NCBI GenBank assembly: GCA_963819815.1
Contig: CAWFXL010000001.1
Coordinates: 640,001-704,000 of the forward strand
Origin: an uncultured bacterium
Lineage (GTDB): Bacteria > Babelota > Babeliae > Babelales > Babelaceae
Direction: 5' to 3'
Length of the DNA: 64,000 nucleotides
Part shown: positions 1 to 10,173 of the stretch, one piece after another
Layout of the letters: every line of letters begins with the position of its first letter
Position numbering within the stretch: position 1 is the first letter of the stretch
Translations under genes and position numbers: made by a program
Notes under the pieces: generated by a model
Seen by the model: only the letters and a program-made list of their open reading frames with translations
Told to the model about the DNA's origin: nothing
The model's database searches: none

Positions 1-1269
1 TGCTCTGAGAGGAGCGTTCAGTGAATCGAAAAGATACATGGTTGAGACACCTTCTTTACGCACAACTGCAAGAAGTACCCAGTGGCAGCCAGCAACATTA
101 TAAATAAAATACGTAACGGGAAGTGTTTGTAATTTTTCTTTGAGATGCTTTATTGCATCGACTTTTTTGCCAGTTTTTAATGCTGTGTGAAGAAAACCGA
201 TTGTTTCAGGACTAACGAGCTCAATGGAGTTCGGGTCAATATTCAGCTGTACCGCTGATGGAATAAGATCAACATCGGCACTATATTCTACTGCACCTCC
301 ACGCTGCAGTTTCTTAAAGGCCGGAAGATTAGTGATAGCTTCAGAAAATACTTTCTCAGCCAGTTCACGTGTCCGCGCAAACGTAATTGGTTGCCCTTGC
401 GATACTTGAGCATTCACCGCAACTAAATTCGCCAGTGCCGAAAATCCACAGGTATCTTCTATTTGGTTAGAGGACACTACGTACACAAAGGGATTCTTAA
501 GAGAAAGCCCAGACAGAGGAGTACCATCATCTAGAGTAGCATAAACAGGACCATGCACATTATTAACGGCTAGTAAGGGATCATATTGTCGACTTGCTAT
601 AGAGCGCCATAATAGGTCGCCCGTATAGAACCAGGGCGATCGGGAAGCCCTTTTTAGTTTTTCTTGCAAGAGCTTTTCTAGCTTCTCCTTTTCAAGAGAA
701 AGTTCTAGATACAGGCTATCATTGCCGGCAGCCACAGCTTGATCTATTTTTTCATCTCGCTCTAAGAGCTTTCCCTGGGCTTTTGTAAAGTCTGCCCGGA
801 CGGGAGATCTTTTGTCAAAATAGTCTTGTATATTCAAGGGCTTGGTAGTTGCTTGAGTTGTAGGTTTTACTGCAGGTCTTGAAAGAGGCGATCTGAAAAC
901 TGCTGGAGCCATATTCGCATTTTGCAGCGATTGGACCGCAGAAACATGCATAGTCTCTGCAACTCGACTCGGTACTGCAGGTGATTTTGTTGCATGCGTT
1001 TGATCGATAATTTGTTGAGTTTCAGCCTCTTCAATAAGCTCGTATGCCTTTCTTCGTGCTATAGGAAGCTCTTCTACATTTTTATCCGCTATGGCAATAA
1101 GTTGTTCTTCAAGCTCGGCTAAATGATATTGATCAATCCCACGTCCTTGGGCTGTTTTTAGAGCATCTTCAAGGAAGATGACATCCGACTGCATGCCTCT
1201 ACACGAGAAGACTAAGAAACCCGCAAACCAAAAGAACAAGCGGATAAAGACTGTGGGGGTTGTTTTCAT
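1..1269 (-). CDS. Secreted papain-fold (Josephin-like) cysteine protease, 3' end runs off the window; paralog of 2706-4046
   Basis: Not in the ORF track. Manual translation from ATG 1269: MKTTPTVFIRLFFWFAGFLVFSCRGMQSDVIFLEDAL...NQIEDTCGFSALANL...YNVAGCHWVLLAVVRKEGVSTMYLFDSLNAPLRA; colinear with the 2706-4082 ORF. Confidence 0.85.
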   Translation of the reverse strand, partial: MKTTPTVFIRLFFWFAGFLVFSCRGMQSDVIFLEDALKTAQGRGIDQYHLAELEEQLIAIADKNVEELPIARRKAYELIEEAETQQIIDQTHATKSPAVPSRVAETMHVSAVQSLQNANMAPAVFRSPLSRPAVKPTTQATTKPLNIQDYFDKRSPVRADFTKAQGKLLERDEKIDQAVAAGNDSLYLELSLEKEKLEKLLQEKLKRASRSPWFYTGDLLWRSIASRQYDPLLAVNNVHGPVYATLDDGTPLSGLSLKNPFVYVVSSNQIEDTCGFSALANLVAVNAQVSQGQPITFARTRELAEKVFSEAITNLPAFKKLQRGGAVEYSADVDLIPSAVQLNIDPNSIELVSPETIGFLHTALKTGKKVDAIKHLKEKLQTLPVTYFIYNVAGCHWVLLAVVRKEGVSTMYLFDSLNAPLRA

Positions 1270-1412
1270 AGCGAATGCCTTTCAATTTGTCAATTAATAG
1301 ACTTATTATGTATTAATATTATCACTAACTGAAAATAAATGCAAGGGTCTGGCGTCTTTCGCCGACCTCAAAGCAGAATCCCTCATCAAAGGGATCAAAG
1401 GGGAGATTTTTG

Positions 1413-1477
1413 AACCAAATGTAGGATGCGTTTGACGTTTGGACTGACCAAATATCAAACGCATCCTACATTTGGTT
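1413..1477. repeat. Perfect 23-bp inverted repeat (REP-like hairpin)
   Basis: AACCAAATGTAGGATGCGTTTGA (1413-1435) pairs with TCAAACGCATCCTACATTTGGTT (1455-1477). Confidence 0.85.
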
Positions 1478-1605
1478 ATTTGTGGGAATAGCTAAATTCT
1501 AGGCGCTTATGCCTTCTTTAAAAGTCGTATATTTCCTGCAGGGAGCCTAGAAAAGTCTCTTGCTTAGATGAAGGATCATACAGATGTCTGCTTCTGAAAG
1601 CCCTT

Positions 1606-2313
1606 TTAAAGGCCCGTTTCAGTAAGATCTACCGCAGTGATGAAAGAAAGCGGTACCTCTAAAGCTTCTTTCTGTGAGGTAAAGCTCATACGATGAAAGA
1701 GCGTCAGTCCATCTTGATCGATACCTTGACGATGTGCCTTGGTACCATAGCCCTTATTATTGGCATAGGCATACCCCGGGGTAACGGCATCTAAGCGGGT
1801 CATAAGCGCATCTCGAGTTACTTTCGCTATAATAGAGGCTGCGGCAATAGATTTCGATTGGCGCTCTCCGTAAATAAAATGGACCACAGGAATATCAAGA
1901 TGATCAAGCTTAATAGGCATTGCATCGACAAGAATGACTGAAGGCTTCGGATCATGAGCTGTTAGTAACTGCATCAGGGCACGCTTCATGGCAATAAGTG
2001 TTGCTTGATAGATATTGCGCGAGTCGATCAAACGATGATGTACTATACCTATGCCGTAAGTTGAATTCTTCATAAGCCACTGAAAGGCTATTACTCGCTC
2101 TTCATGAGTCATCAGCTTAGAATCTTTTATGAGCTTATTGCGCGCTTTAGGTCGCAATATGGCTGCAGCAGCAACCACAGGACCTGCAAAGCAGCTTCTC
2201 CCCACCTCATCAATACCGCACACAAGCTCTGATCGCTCCCATGCCTCATTCTCATAGAGGTTGCGCTTAAAATCGGGCTTACGCTTCGTGGTGACCATGC
2301 AAGTTCTCGGCAA
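1606..2313 (-). CDS. rnhB: Ribonuclease HII
   Basis: GIDEVGR..AGPVVAAA, DSK, SIAAASIIAKVTRD and NKGYGT..H motifs; start uncertain. Confidence 0.95.
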   Translation of the reverse strand: MPRTCMVTTKRKPDFKRNLYENEAWERSELVCGIDEVGRSCFAGPVVAAAAILRPKARNKLIKDSKLMTHEERVIAFQWLMKNSTYGIGIVHHRLIDSRNIYQATLIAMKRALMQLLTAHDPKPSVILVDAMPIKLDHLDIPVVHFIYGERQSKSIAAASIIAKVTRDALMTRLDAVTPGYAYANNKGYGTKAHRQGIDQDGLTLFHRMSFTSQKEALEVPLSFITAVDLTETGL

Positions 2314-2705
2314 AGATTAAAGACTCCGTAATCCAAGAATAGCTCAGTATCATTAGGAGAGCAACCAGCTGAGCTAAAGGCATACTTAGACAAGGAGGCT
2401 TTTTGCAGCCATTTTTAAGTTGGGACCAACCACGAGAATGAAAGCGTCTCTTCAAACAAAAGATTGTAGCACAGGGCATCCCCACTAGCTTTTGAAGCCG
2501 GTTGTGCGTGTTCATTTTTCAAGCAATTAACGAATTAGTAGACTTAGTCGATACTTTGTAGTTTTTGAAGCTGCAGGCACATTCTCATTTGGCAAACCAA
2601 GAGGAATGAATGACTATACAAAAAACCCAGATAACGAAACGGCGGGACCAAGTAAGTTCACCACCGTCGTTTTTTTATCTAAAAGTCAGTTATCTCTACA
2701 GGTAG

Positions 2706-4046
2706 CTAGTTTCTTTGTACCAGAAGATCATCTATATAGGTAACCAATTTCATAACATCATCACCAACTCTGACAGGAGCATTTGATGAATTGAGAAGAT
2801 ACATACTTGGAACGCCATCTTTGCTAACAACTGCAAGAAGTACCCAGTGACAACCTCCTACGTTATAAATGATATATGTAAAGGGAAGTGTATGTAATTT
2901 TTCTTTGAGATGCTCTATAGCATCGATTTTTCGGCCGGTTTTTAATGCATTATGAAGAAAGCTAATCGTTTCATGGCTAACAAGCTCAATGGTATTTGGA
3001 TCAATCTTGAGCCGTGCAGCTGAAGGAATAAGATCAACATCGGCACTGTAGTTCACTGCACCTCCACGCTCTAGATTCTTGAAGGCTGGCAGTGCTGTGA
3101 TAGTTTCAGAGAATGCTTTTTCAGCCAGTTCACGCGTCTGTGAAAAGGTTATCGGTTTTCCCTGAGCCACCTGAGCATTCACCGCAAACAAATTTGCAAG
3201 CGCCGAAAACCCACAGGTGTTTTCTACTTGGTTAAAAGACACAAGGTACACGAAAGGATTCTTCAGAGGAAGAGTAGACAAAGGAGTACCATCATCTAAT
3301 GCAGCATATACAGGACCATGCACGCTACTAATGGCTAGCAAGTGATCAAAGTGTCGAACCGTCATATAACGCCATAATAGATCCCTCGTATAAAACCAGG
3401 GAGACTGAGAAGCTTTTCTCAGTCGTTCTATGAAGGGCGTTTCTATTCCTTCCTTTTCATGAGAAAGTCTTAGATAGAGGCTATCGTTTTGGGCAGCAAC
3501 AGCTCGCTCTATTTTTTCATCGAGTACTCTAAGCTGGCCTTGGGCTTTTGCAAAGTCTGCCTGGAGAGGAGATCTTTTGTCGAAATAGTCTTGTAGATTC
3601 AAGGGCTTGATAGCTGCTTGAGTGCTAGACTTTATTGCAGGTCTTGAAACTGACGTAGATGAATTCGCGTTTCGCTGCGATTGGGATGTAGTAACATCTT
3701 CATCGTCGTCGTTTGAAAAAATGCGCATAGGTCGTGCACCTTGACTTGGCACTACAGCAGTTTTTGGTTCATTCGTTTGATCGATAATTTGTTGAGTTGC
3801 TGCCTCTTCAATAAGCTCGTATGCCTTTGAGCGTGGAATCGGAAGCTCTTCCTTAGCTGTATCGGCTATGGCAAGAAGTTTGTCTGTAAGCTGTATTCTA
3901 TGATCTGCATCAATCCCCAGTTTTTGTGCTCTTGCCAGCGCATCTTCAAGGAAAATTATGTCCGATTGCATAGCTCTGCACGAGAAAGCTGAGAAACTCA
4001 TAAATAAGAGTGCCCATATGGTAGGGCTTGTGAAGGTTATTTTCAT
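2706..4046 (-). CDS. Secreted papain-fold (Josephin-like) cysteine protease
   Basis: Signal peptide from ATG 4046; C-terminal QVENTCGFSALANL...HWVLLAV...YLLNSS gives Cys-His-Asn order. Confidence 0.8.
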   Translation of the reverse strand: MKITFTSPTIWALLFMSFSAFSCRAMQSDIIFLEDALARAQKLGIDADHRIQLTDKLLAIADTAKEELPIPRSKAYELIEEAATQQIIDQTNEPKTAVVPSQGARPMRIFSNDDDEDVTTSQSQRNANSSTSVSRPAIKSSTQAAIKPLNLQDYFDKRSPLQADFAKAQGQLRVLDEKIERAVAAQNDSLYLRLSHEKEGIETPFIERLRKASQSPWFYTRDLLWRYMTVRHFDHLLAISSVHGPVYAALDDGTPLSTLPLKNPFVYLVSFNQVENTCGFSALANLFAVNAQVAQGKPITFSQTRELAEKAFSETITALPAFKNLERGGAVNYSADVDLIPSAARLKIDPNTIELVSHETISFLHNALKTGRKIDAIEHLKEKLHTLPFTYIIYNVGGCHWVLLAVVSKDGVPSMYLLNSSNAPVRVGDDVMKLVTYIDDLLVQRN

Positions 4047-4227
4047 AGCAGTGTGTCCTTTTTTCAATGTGTCATAAATCAAAACATTTAATAGTAATTA
4101 TAACACTTATTGAAAACATGCGCAAGAACCTGCTGCTTTTCCAGCCTCTATTGCAGCCCAGTCAAGCAACGAGCATACAGGCGCCCCTTCAATTGTATAT
4201 TGTAGGACTCCACCATCCCAATAGCGC

Positions 4228-6291
4228 TCATGCAGCTTGTGCATGTTCTTTTTCATGTAGTTGACGCACTAAATGGGCAGCCTTATCAAGAATCACCCCA
4301 GGAAACCCCTGCTGCTTGAGTACCTCAAGCGCAATACACTGATGAGAAACACCAGCTTCAAGCTTAAATGGATACACGTATTCACCCTGATCAGTAGCCT
4401 TAACCGATACTCGGTAATTTTTGAAGGTATCGGTAGCTTCTTCCAATTTGGTAAGCAAAGAGAAGTGGGTTGATATAATACAGATATTATTTTTAAAGGG
4501 GGCCAAATGATGTGCAAAACTATACGCTGCAGCAGAACCTTCTACTGGAGCAGTCCCATTAAATATTTCATCAAAACAGGCAAAACTAAACTCACCCGAT
4601 CCTTGCTGTTCTACTCGCTCAATTAAGCGCTGCGCCTGGCATGCTTCTGCCATAAAGAGAGAGTTGCCTGCACTAATATCATCCACAACATGTAAGGATG
4701 TTTTAATCGTATGGAACGGCGTAAAATGCATTGCAGAAGCGGGGACAATCCCAATGGTTTGCCCTAAGATGATACAAAGTGCTAGTGATCTTAGGATGGT
4801 CGACTTACCACCCGCATTGGGACCAGTTATAATCATATTTTGTCGCTCAGTGCCTCCCAATAAGACATTATTTGAGATAGCGAGTTTTGAATCAATTAGT
4901 GGATGCCACATTTCATGTATATCTAAAAGAGGAGTCTGTTCCGCGGCATAGGTAGCAAAGCAAAACTTGACCTGCTGCGTCTCATGTTCTTTCATAAGCT
5001 TTGCCAAAGACACATACATATCGATTTTACCAATATCAGTTGCGAGTTCTTTAAGCTCATCTTTTACCTGATGCACAAGCTTATGCGCTCGTACCGCATG
5101 TCCCCTATTACTTGTCAATGAAAACTGTTTTTTAAACGTATCTCGCCCCAAAAGATCGATGAGCTCTTTTAACCTCGGTGATGCGGGAACTTTGACCTCA
5201 AAGAAATCAACTATTCCTTTACATTCCTCATAGAGCTCAGGACAGCTTTTCATCTCTTCAGAAAGCTTCCGTGCATTCATCATAAACTGAGCATAATGCG
5301 AGGTCATTGCATGCATATATTCTTCAAGATGATAGCAATCTGAAAGCCATTGAATGCTTTGCTTAGAATGATACCATGAGAGCAATCCTGTACCAAGGGC
5401 AATCCCAATATTCATCCATCTGTTATTCCTATCCCAGAGCATCCCTGACAAGGACCATGCCCCTCCCCCCAATGAGTCTCTAGCTAAAGTTGCCACTCTC
5501 TCTGAAGGTTGCTTGTTAGCTATCCTTTGAATCGCATACCATGATAATACACACATACTTCCACAGCATAATGCTATCCACTTCAATCGCTGTGCATGCC
5601 CAGCAGTACTTCCGCAATTTAAAGCGACCGTGCTTTTATTAAGAAAAGCAAACATGCCCCCATACTGTTCCTCCGAAAATTCAAGCAAATCCTCGACATA
5701 TCTTTTCATGTAGTCAGTCTGGTAAAAAGCAAGAAATACAGGCTCAGCAGTGCGCATGGCACCTAGTGCCTCACTAAAAAGCTTCATTTTCTCTTCATCA
5801 GCCACAAAGCCCCGTATGATATCTTGCCTCTTTTTCAAGCGACTAACATCGGTTAGCGGTGAAGCAAGATGTAAAAAAAGAGATACTTTCCCAAGCTCGG
5901 TCTGAGTGCGACACAGAGCTTGCGCCATATACACATCAGGCTTGGATTGTCCAGAAAAAAGAGTTAGATCAGTCCACGTAGTAGCCGGATCTAACAATAC
6001 GTTACTCTGAAGCTGAAGCCTTTCCTCTGCTCCTTTAAAGAGATCAAATGCGGCAGATCTATACCACTTCTTGAGCGGACTACACTTACGCTTCCATTCA
6101 CCATCTATAAATTCACGACTCGAGGAATAGTTAGCTGGCTCTTCCTGCTCCCAGCTAAACGATGCAAGATTATGCTCTGCAACCGCGGTAACGGTTGCGC
6201 CTCCGGCCGGACGAGGGCAGGGCTCTTCAGCAAGCACACGTGGAAAAAGGAGCACACTAAGAATAATCGATAGCCGAAAAATAGTATTCAT
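4228..6291 (-). CDS. MutS-related ATPase (domains III/V) with signal peptide and hydrophobic segments; no mismatch-binding domain
   Basis: ITGPNAGGKST Walker A, SLFMAE, FDEIFNGT, STHF, GVS..CIAL motifs. Confidence 0.85.
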   Translation of the reverse strand: MNTIFRLSIILSVLLFPRVLAEEPCPRPAGGATVTAVAEHNLASFSWEQEEPANYSSSREFIDGEWKRKCSPLKKWYRSAAFDLFKGAEERLQLQSNVLLDPATTWTDLTLFSGQSKPDVYMAQALCRTQTELGKVSLFLHLASPLTDVSRLKKRQDIIRGFVADEEKMKLFSEALGAMRTAEPVFLAFYQTDYMKRYVEDLLEFSEEQYGGMFAFLNKSTVALNCGSTAGHAQRLKWIALCCGSMCVLSWYAIQRIANKQPSERVATLARDSLGGGAWSLSGMLWDRNNRWMNIGIALGTGLLSWYHSKQSIQWLSDCYHLEEYMHAMTSHYAQFMMNARKLSEEMKSCPELYEECKGIVDFFEVKVPASPRLKELIDLLGRDTFKKQFSLTSNRGHAVRAHKLVHQVKDELKELATDIGKIDMYVSLAKLMKEHETQQVKFCFATYAAEQTPLLDIHEMWHPLIDSKLAISNNVLLGGTERQNMIITGPNAGGKSTILRSLALCIILGQTIGIVPASAMHFTPFHTIKTSLHVVDDISAGNSLFMAEACQAQRLIERVEQQGSGEFSFACFDEIFNGTAPVEGSAAAYSFAHHLAPFKNNICIISTHFSLLTKLEEATDTFKNYRVSVKATDQGEYVYPFKLEAGVSHQCIALEVLKQQGFPGVILDKAAHLVRQLHEKEHAQAA

Positions 6292-6471
6292 GGGTAGCCT
6301 CTGGAACAATTGATACGTGAGCTTTTTTGTGCAATAGCCTGTTAACCCAAGTGTATCATGCTCCTATACTCCCAGCAACACCTTGTATACTGCCTCACCT
6401 TGAACTATGCTTGAACAAGATGATAGGAATATGGTATATCTTAACTCAGTTTTTACGCAGCAAAGTACACT

Positions 6472-6996
6472 ATGAAAAAAAAGATCATGTTCACCATCGG
6501 CCATTCAACAAGAACTCTTGAAGAGCTTCTAGAACTTCTCAAGCACTATGGCGTCACTGAGCTTGTTGATATTCGCTCCATACCAAAATCTCGCCATAAT
6601 CCCCAATTTAATGGACCAGAACTCGCTCATTTTTTACGTAATCACCGTATTGGGTACCATCATCTCAAGAAATTAGGCGGCCTCCGTCATGCACAGTCCG
6701 ATTCGATTAATACTGCTTGGAATAACCTATCATTTCGAGGCTTTGCAGATTATATGCAAACAGAAGAGTTCAAGGAAGGATTAGCAGAACTTATACAGAT
6801 CGGCCATGAAAAAACAGTCGCCATCATGTGCAGTGAGGCTGTACCCTGGAGATGCCATAGATCATTAATTGGAGATGCTCTCCTTGTACATGGTATCCAG
6901 GTAGAGGATATTTTCAGTATCACATCAATAAAGCCTCACGACATGACTCCTTGGGCCATCGTTAAAGGGATGACTATCACCTATCCCGGCTCCTAA
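6472..6996 (+). CDS. DUF488 family protein
   Basis: FTIGHSTR, LVDIRSIPKSR..PQFN, LGGLR and MCSEAVPWRCHRSLI motifs. Confidence 0.9.
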   Translation: MKKKIMFTIGHSTRTLEELLELLKHYGVTELVDIRSIPKSRHNPQFNGPELAHFLRNHRIGYHHLKKLGGLRHAQSDSINTAWNNLSFRGFADYMQTEEFKEGLAELIQIGHEKTVAIMCSEAVPWRCHRSLIGDALLVHGIQVEDIFSITSIKPHDMTPWAIVKGMTITYPGS

Positions 6997-7138
6997 AGTA
7001 TCACCAGAACTCACCTAGAGCCATCTCTAAGGGTGGTACATCTTTCCAGGGACAAAACAGGTTTTTTTTGGTATCCTTTACTCAGAAAATCTGATACAAA
7101 TAGACTCAACCTTGAGCTTAGCCATATTCAGGTGCCCT

Positions 7139-8269
7139 ATGGAAAAAAGAGATTATTACGAAGTGCTCGGCCTTTCAAAATCGGCCACCCCAGAAGAAAT
7201 AAAAGCTTCCTATCGCAAGCTTGCTATGAAATATCATCCTGACCGCAATCCTGATAATAAGGAGGCTGAGGATAAGTTCAAAGAAGCCGCAGAAGCGTAT
7301 GAAGTGCTTTCAAACTCCGAAAAACGTAAACAGTACGATCAATTTGGACACCAAGGTGCCATGGGCGGCTATGGTGGACAGGGGATGGATATGAATGATA
7401 TCTTCAGGAATTTTGAAGATATCTTCGGTGACATTTTTGGGCAGCAGGGACAGCAGCAACGGCGCAAGGGGAAAAAAGCTGGACCTTCTCCAAAGCGAGG
7501 TCATGACCTCGTTAAAGAGATCAACCTTACTTTGCCGGAAGCATTTTCGGGCGTAAAAAAAGATATCAAACTCTATCACTTTGTACCTTGCGCAACCTGT
7601 GACGGACGGGGGATGCCAAAGGGAGCTAAGGCTCCTGAATGTTCAGAATGTCACGGGGCTGGACAAGTAGGATACAGACATGGCATTTTTATGTATTCTC
7701 AAACCTGCCAAGCATGTCATGGAGAAGGATTTACCATAAGTGACCCTTGCCCTACTTGTAAAGGACAAAGTCGCGTTCAACAATATGACACGATCAATGT
7801 TGCAATTCCCCAAGGAATCTTTGATGGTGCAGAGCTTCGCATGCAAGGCCTAGGAGATGCTGGTGTATTTGGAGGATCTGCTGGTGATCTCTATATTCGT
7901 GTACATGTCGCACCTGATAAAAAGTTCAAGCGGATCAATGATGACCTTGAATGCAGTATTACCCTTACCTACCCACAGTTGGTATTTGGGTGTCAATTGG
8001 ACGTAGAAAATATTGATGGTACAAAAGAATCTATCAAGGTAAAACGGGGTACCGCTGTTGGCGAGCGAATCATTATTGCCCATAAAGGATTTCATAAAGT
8101 ACGGGGATCAGGACGTGGCGATCTTATTGTCATCGCCAAATGCCACATCCCTAAAAATCTTTCGCCGGAAGCTGAGAAACTCCTCAAAGAATATTCTGAT
8201 CTTATCGGAACGAGTACGCAGGAAGAAGAAGGTAGCATTACCAGCTTCTTTAAAAAGTTCTTGCGTTAA
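7139..8269 (+). CDS. dnaJ: Chaperone DnaJ
   Basis: J domain with HPD, G/F-rich linker, four CxxCxGxG repeats; ATG at 7139. Confidence 0.97.
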   Translation: MEKRDYYEVLGLSKSATPEEIKASYRKLAMKYHPDRNPDNKEAEDKFKEAAEAYEVLSNSEKRKQYDQFGHQGAMGGYGGQGMDMNDIFRNFEDIFGDIFGQQGQQQRRKGKKAGPSPKRGHDLVKEINLTLPEAFSGVKKDIKLYHFVPCATCDGRGMPKGAKAPECSECHGAGQVGYRHGIFMYSQTCQACHGEGFTISDPCPTCKGQSRVQQYDTINVAIPQGIFDGAELRMQGLGDAGVFGGSAGDLYIRVHVAPDKKFKRINDDLECSITLTYPQLVFGCQLDVENIDGTKESIKVKRGTAVGERIIIAHKGFHKVRGSGRGDLIVIAKCHIPKNLSPEAEKLLKEYSDLIGTSTQEEEGSITSFFKKFLR

Positions 8270-8417
8270 AACTATGTATCGGTTGTTTCAAGCGTACTTT
8301 CAGCTGCATAGGCACATTTTTTCTGCATACCTCTGAGTACACACAGACCTCTGTGCAAGAAAGAACTCTTGACAGGAAAATCCTCCCTTGGTACCGTGTA
8401 ATTGAAAGGAGTATCAG

Positions 8418-9086
8418 ATGTGTTTTTCTGCCCGCATGAGCTTTTTAGCTGCCGGATTATTGGTAAGTATCGCTATTGCCACCTATCGCAAGATACGGGA
8501 ATTTAATGAGATTCCTTTTGCCTCGATTCCTCTTGCCTTTGCAATTCAGCAAGCTCTCGAGGGAGCTCTCTGGCTCTTACTAAACCAAGGTACACATCCT
8601 GGACTCACAGCACTTTGTATGTACGGATTTCTTGGGTTTGCCGTGGTATTTTGGCCTGTCTTTATACCCTTTGCGCTCATTCTTATAGAACATCATCCCC
8701 TAAGACGTGCGATTATGGGATTTTGTCTTATCATGGGAAGTACCTGGTCTTTGGCCAGCTTATGGTATCTCATACATGTCGGTGCCACCGTTCAGATTCA
8801 GTCTCACCATATCGCCTATACGTTGCCCGGCTTTGAAAGTATTACGGGACTCCAGTTGCTCATACTGTATAGCTGTATAGTACTTACACCCTTCCTTGTT
8901 TCAAGCGATTTTGTCTTGAGACTCGTTGGTTGCCTTATTGGGGTTTCCTGCCTTATATCATATCTTGTGTGGTACTATTATTTTACCTCAATCTGGTGCT
9001 TCTTCGCAGCAATAATCAGTCTAGCCATTTACGCTGTCATTATTCATCGTAACCAGAATACTAGACCGAAACAAAACGCTTCTTAA
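8418..9086 (+). CDS. Multi-pass membrane protein (DUF6629-like)
   Basis: MCFSAxMSF N-terminus, QQALEG and SIWCFFAA motifs, about 7 hydrophobic segments. Confidence 0.75.
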   Translation: MCFSARMSFLAAGLLVSIAIATYRKIREFNEIPFASIPLAFAIQQALEGALWLLLNQGTHPGLTALCMYGFLGFAVVFWPVFIPFALILIEHHPLRRAIMGFCLIMGSTWSLASLWYLIHVGATVQIQSHHIAYTLPGFESITGLQLLILYSCIVLTPFLVSSDFVLRLVGCLIGVSCLISYLVWYYYFTSIWCFFAAIISLAIYAVIIHRNQNTRPKQNAS

Positions 9087-10173
9087 GACTTTTTTGTGAG
9101 TAAGCAACTGACTTTGACTGTGAGATGTGCATCTTTCGCAAGAGACTAAAAAAGAATTCTCGCTCATGCCCTTTAATTACCGCCTGCTCATGAGCCTCTG
9201 AAAGAGCAATCGGATAGCCATTCCCTTTAACTGATTGATCACAAAGAATAGATAATACCGTATCTAATAACGCAGGATCTTCAGCAACCCATCGAGGCAT
9301 CTCAACTCGAGCAATTTCATCCCCAACATTGAGATACGCAAAATAGGGAACAAGATGTGGAGGATATTCCTTTGCTAACGGTGAGTTGTGGGTAAATACC
9401 GTAGTGCGTTCAGAGGGCTTGAGAAAGGATCCAATAATATCTGTATCTACCGTAGTAAGCAAAATATCCCCTTCAACGATCGGCCCCTTCTTTTGAGCTA
9501 TACAATTTTTAATCAGTGCAACCAACTCTTTGCTCTTTGGCAGACTAATATATCCTGCTATCGGTACGCGAGCCTGATAAAACTCATCAAGTAACCCCAT
9601 ATACCGTTTTAAAAAGCGTTCTTTAACAACGGGACTTTTAGATTCGAGATGCCAAAATATTAAGGATCCATCACAGAGAAACACAAAAGGAACTTCAGGA
9701 TAGGTGCGCATCACCTCTTTCGATGCTGCGAGTCCTACCTCAAATTCAAGTTCGGCCCGTCGACAATTCACCAGATCTTCAGAAATAAAAGTCTCATCAT
9801 CATTCTGGGTAACAATCAGCGGAGAAGATTCAAGCTTTACCTCTGAAGAATTAGTACCATATACAAATTGAGCAGTACCACTATTTAAAACAAAGCAGGG
9901 AACACCCTGATGTTTATCGGGATAGATTTGCGATCCATCAGTAGCGATAACCGCATAAGGATGCGGCTGTTGGCGTATAGGCACCCTTGCATCCAGAGGA
10001 CCTTCCCAAAGAGGAACTGGATTAGGGCCAACCTTGAGAGCTTCAAGTATCTCAGGATGTTCACGTATAAAGAGAAAGAGCTCATGTGCACGGATATACT
10101 CATGTGAAAGTTCGGCATACAGATCAGGTAACGCGCGAGCTATCTCCTGCATTATTTTTAGGGGATCAAGCAT
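9061..10173 (-). CDS. NurA-domain nuclease
   Basis: ATDGSQI, CDGSL, ARVEMPRW and GYPIALSEAHEQAVI motifs. Confidence 0.85.
   Translation of the reverse strand: MLDPLKIMQEIARALPDLYAELSHEYIRAHELFLFIREHPEILEALKVGPNPVPLWEGPLDARVPIRQQPHPYAVIATDGSQIYPDKHQGVPCFVLNSGTAQFVYGTNSSEVKLESSPLIVTQNDDETFISEDLVNCRRAELEFEVGLAASKEVMRTYPEVPFVFLCDGSLIFWHLESKSPVVKERFLKRYMGLLDEFYQARVPIAGYISLPKSKELVALIKNCIAQKKGPIVEGDILLTTVDTDIIGSFLKPSERTTVFTHNSPLAKEYPPHLVPYFAYLNVGDEIARVEMPRWVAEDPALLDTVLSILCDQSVKGNGYPIALSEAHEQAVIKGHEREFFFSLLRKMHISQSKSVAYSQKSLKKRFVSV

Noticed and set aside
2314..2640. tmRNA, RNase P RNA or SRP RNA
   Set aside because: No tRNA-like ends, tag-peptide frame, GAGGAAAGUCC or SRP loop motif seen.
2706..3270. 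CE-clan (ULP/SENP) protease assignment based on HWxL...S
   Set aside because: The catalytic Cys precedes His and has Q-x4-C spacing, which fits clan CA/Josephin rather than CE order.
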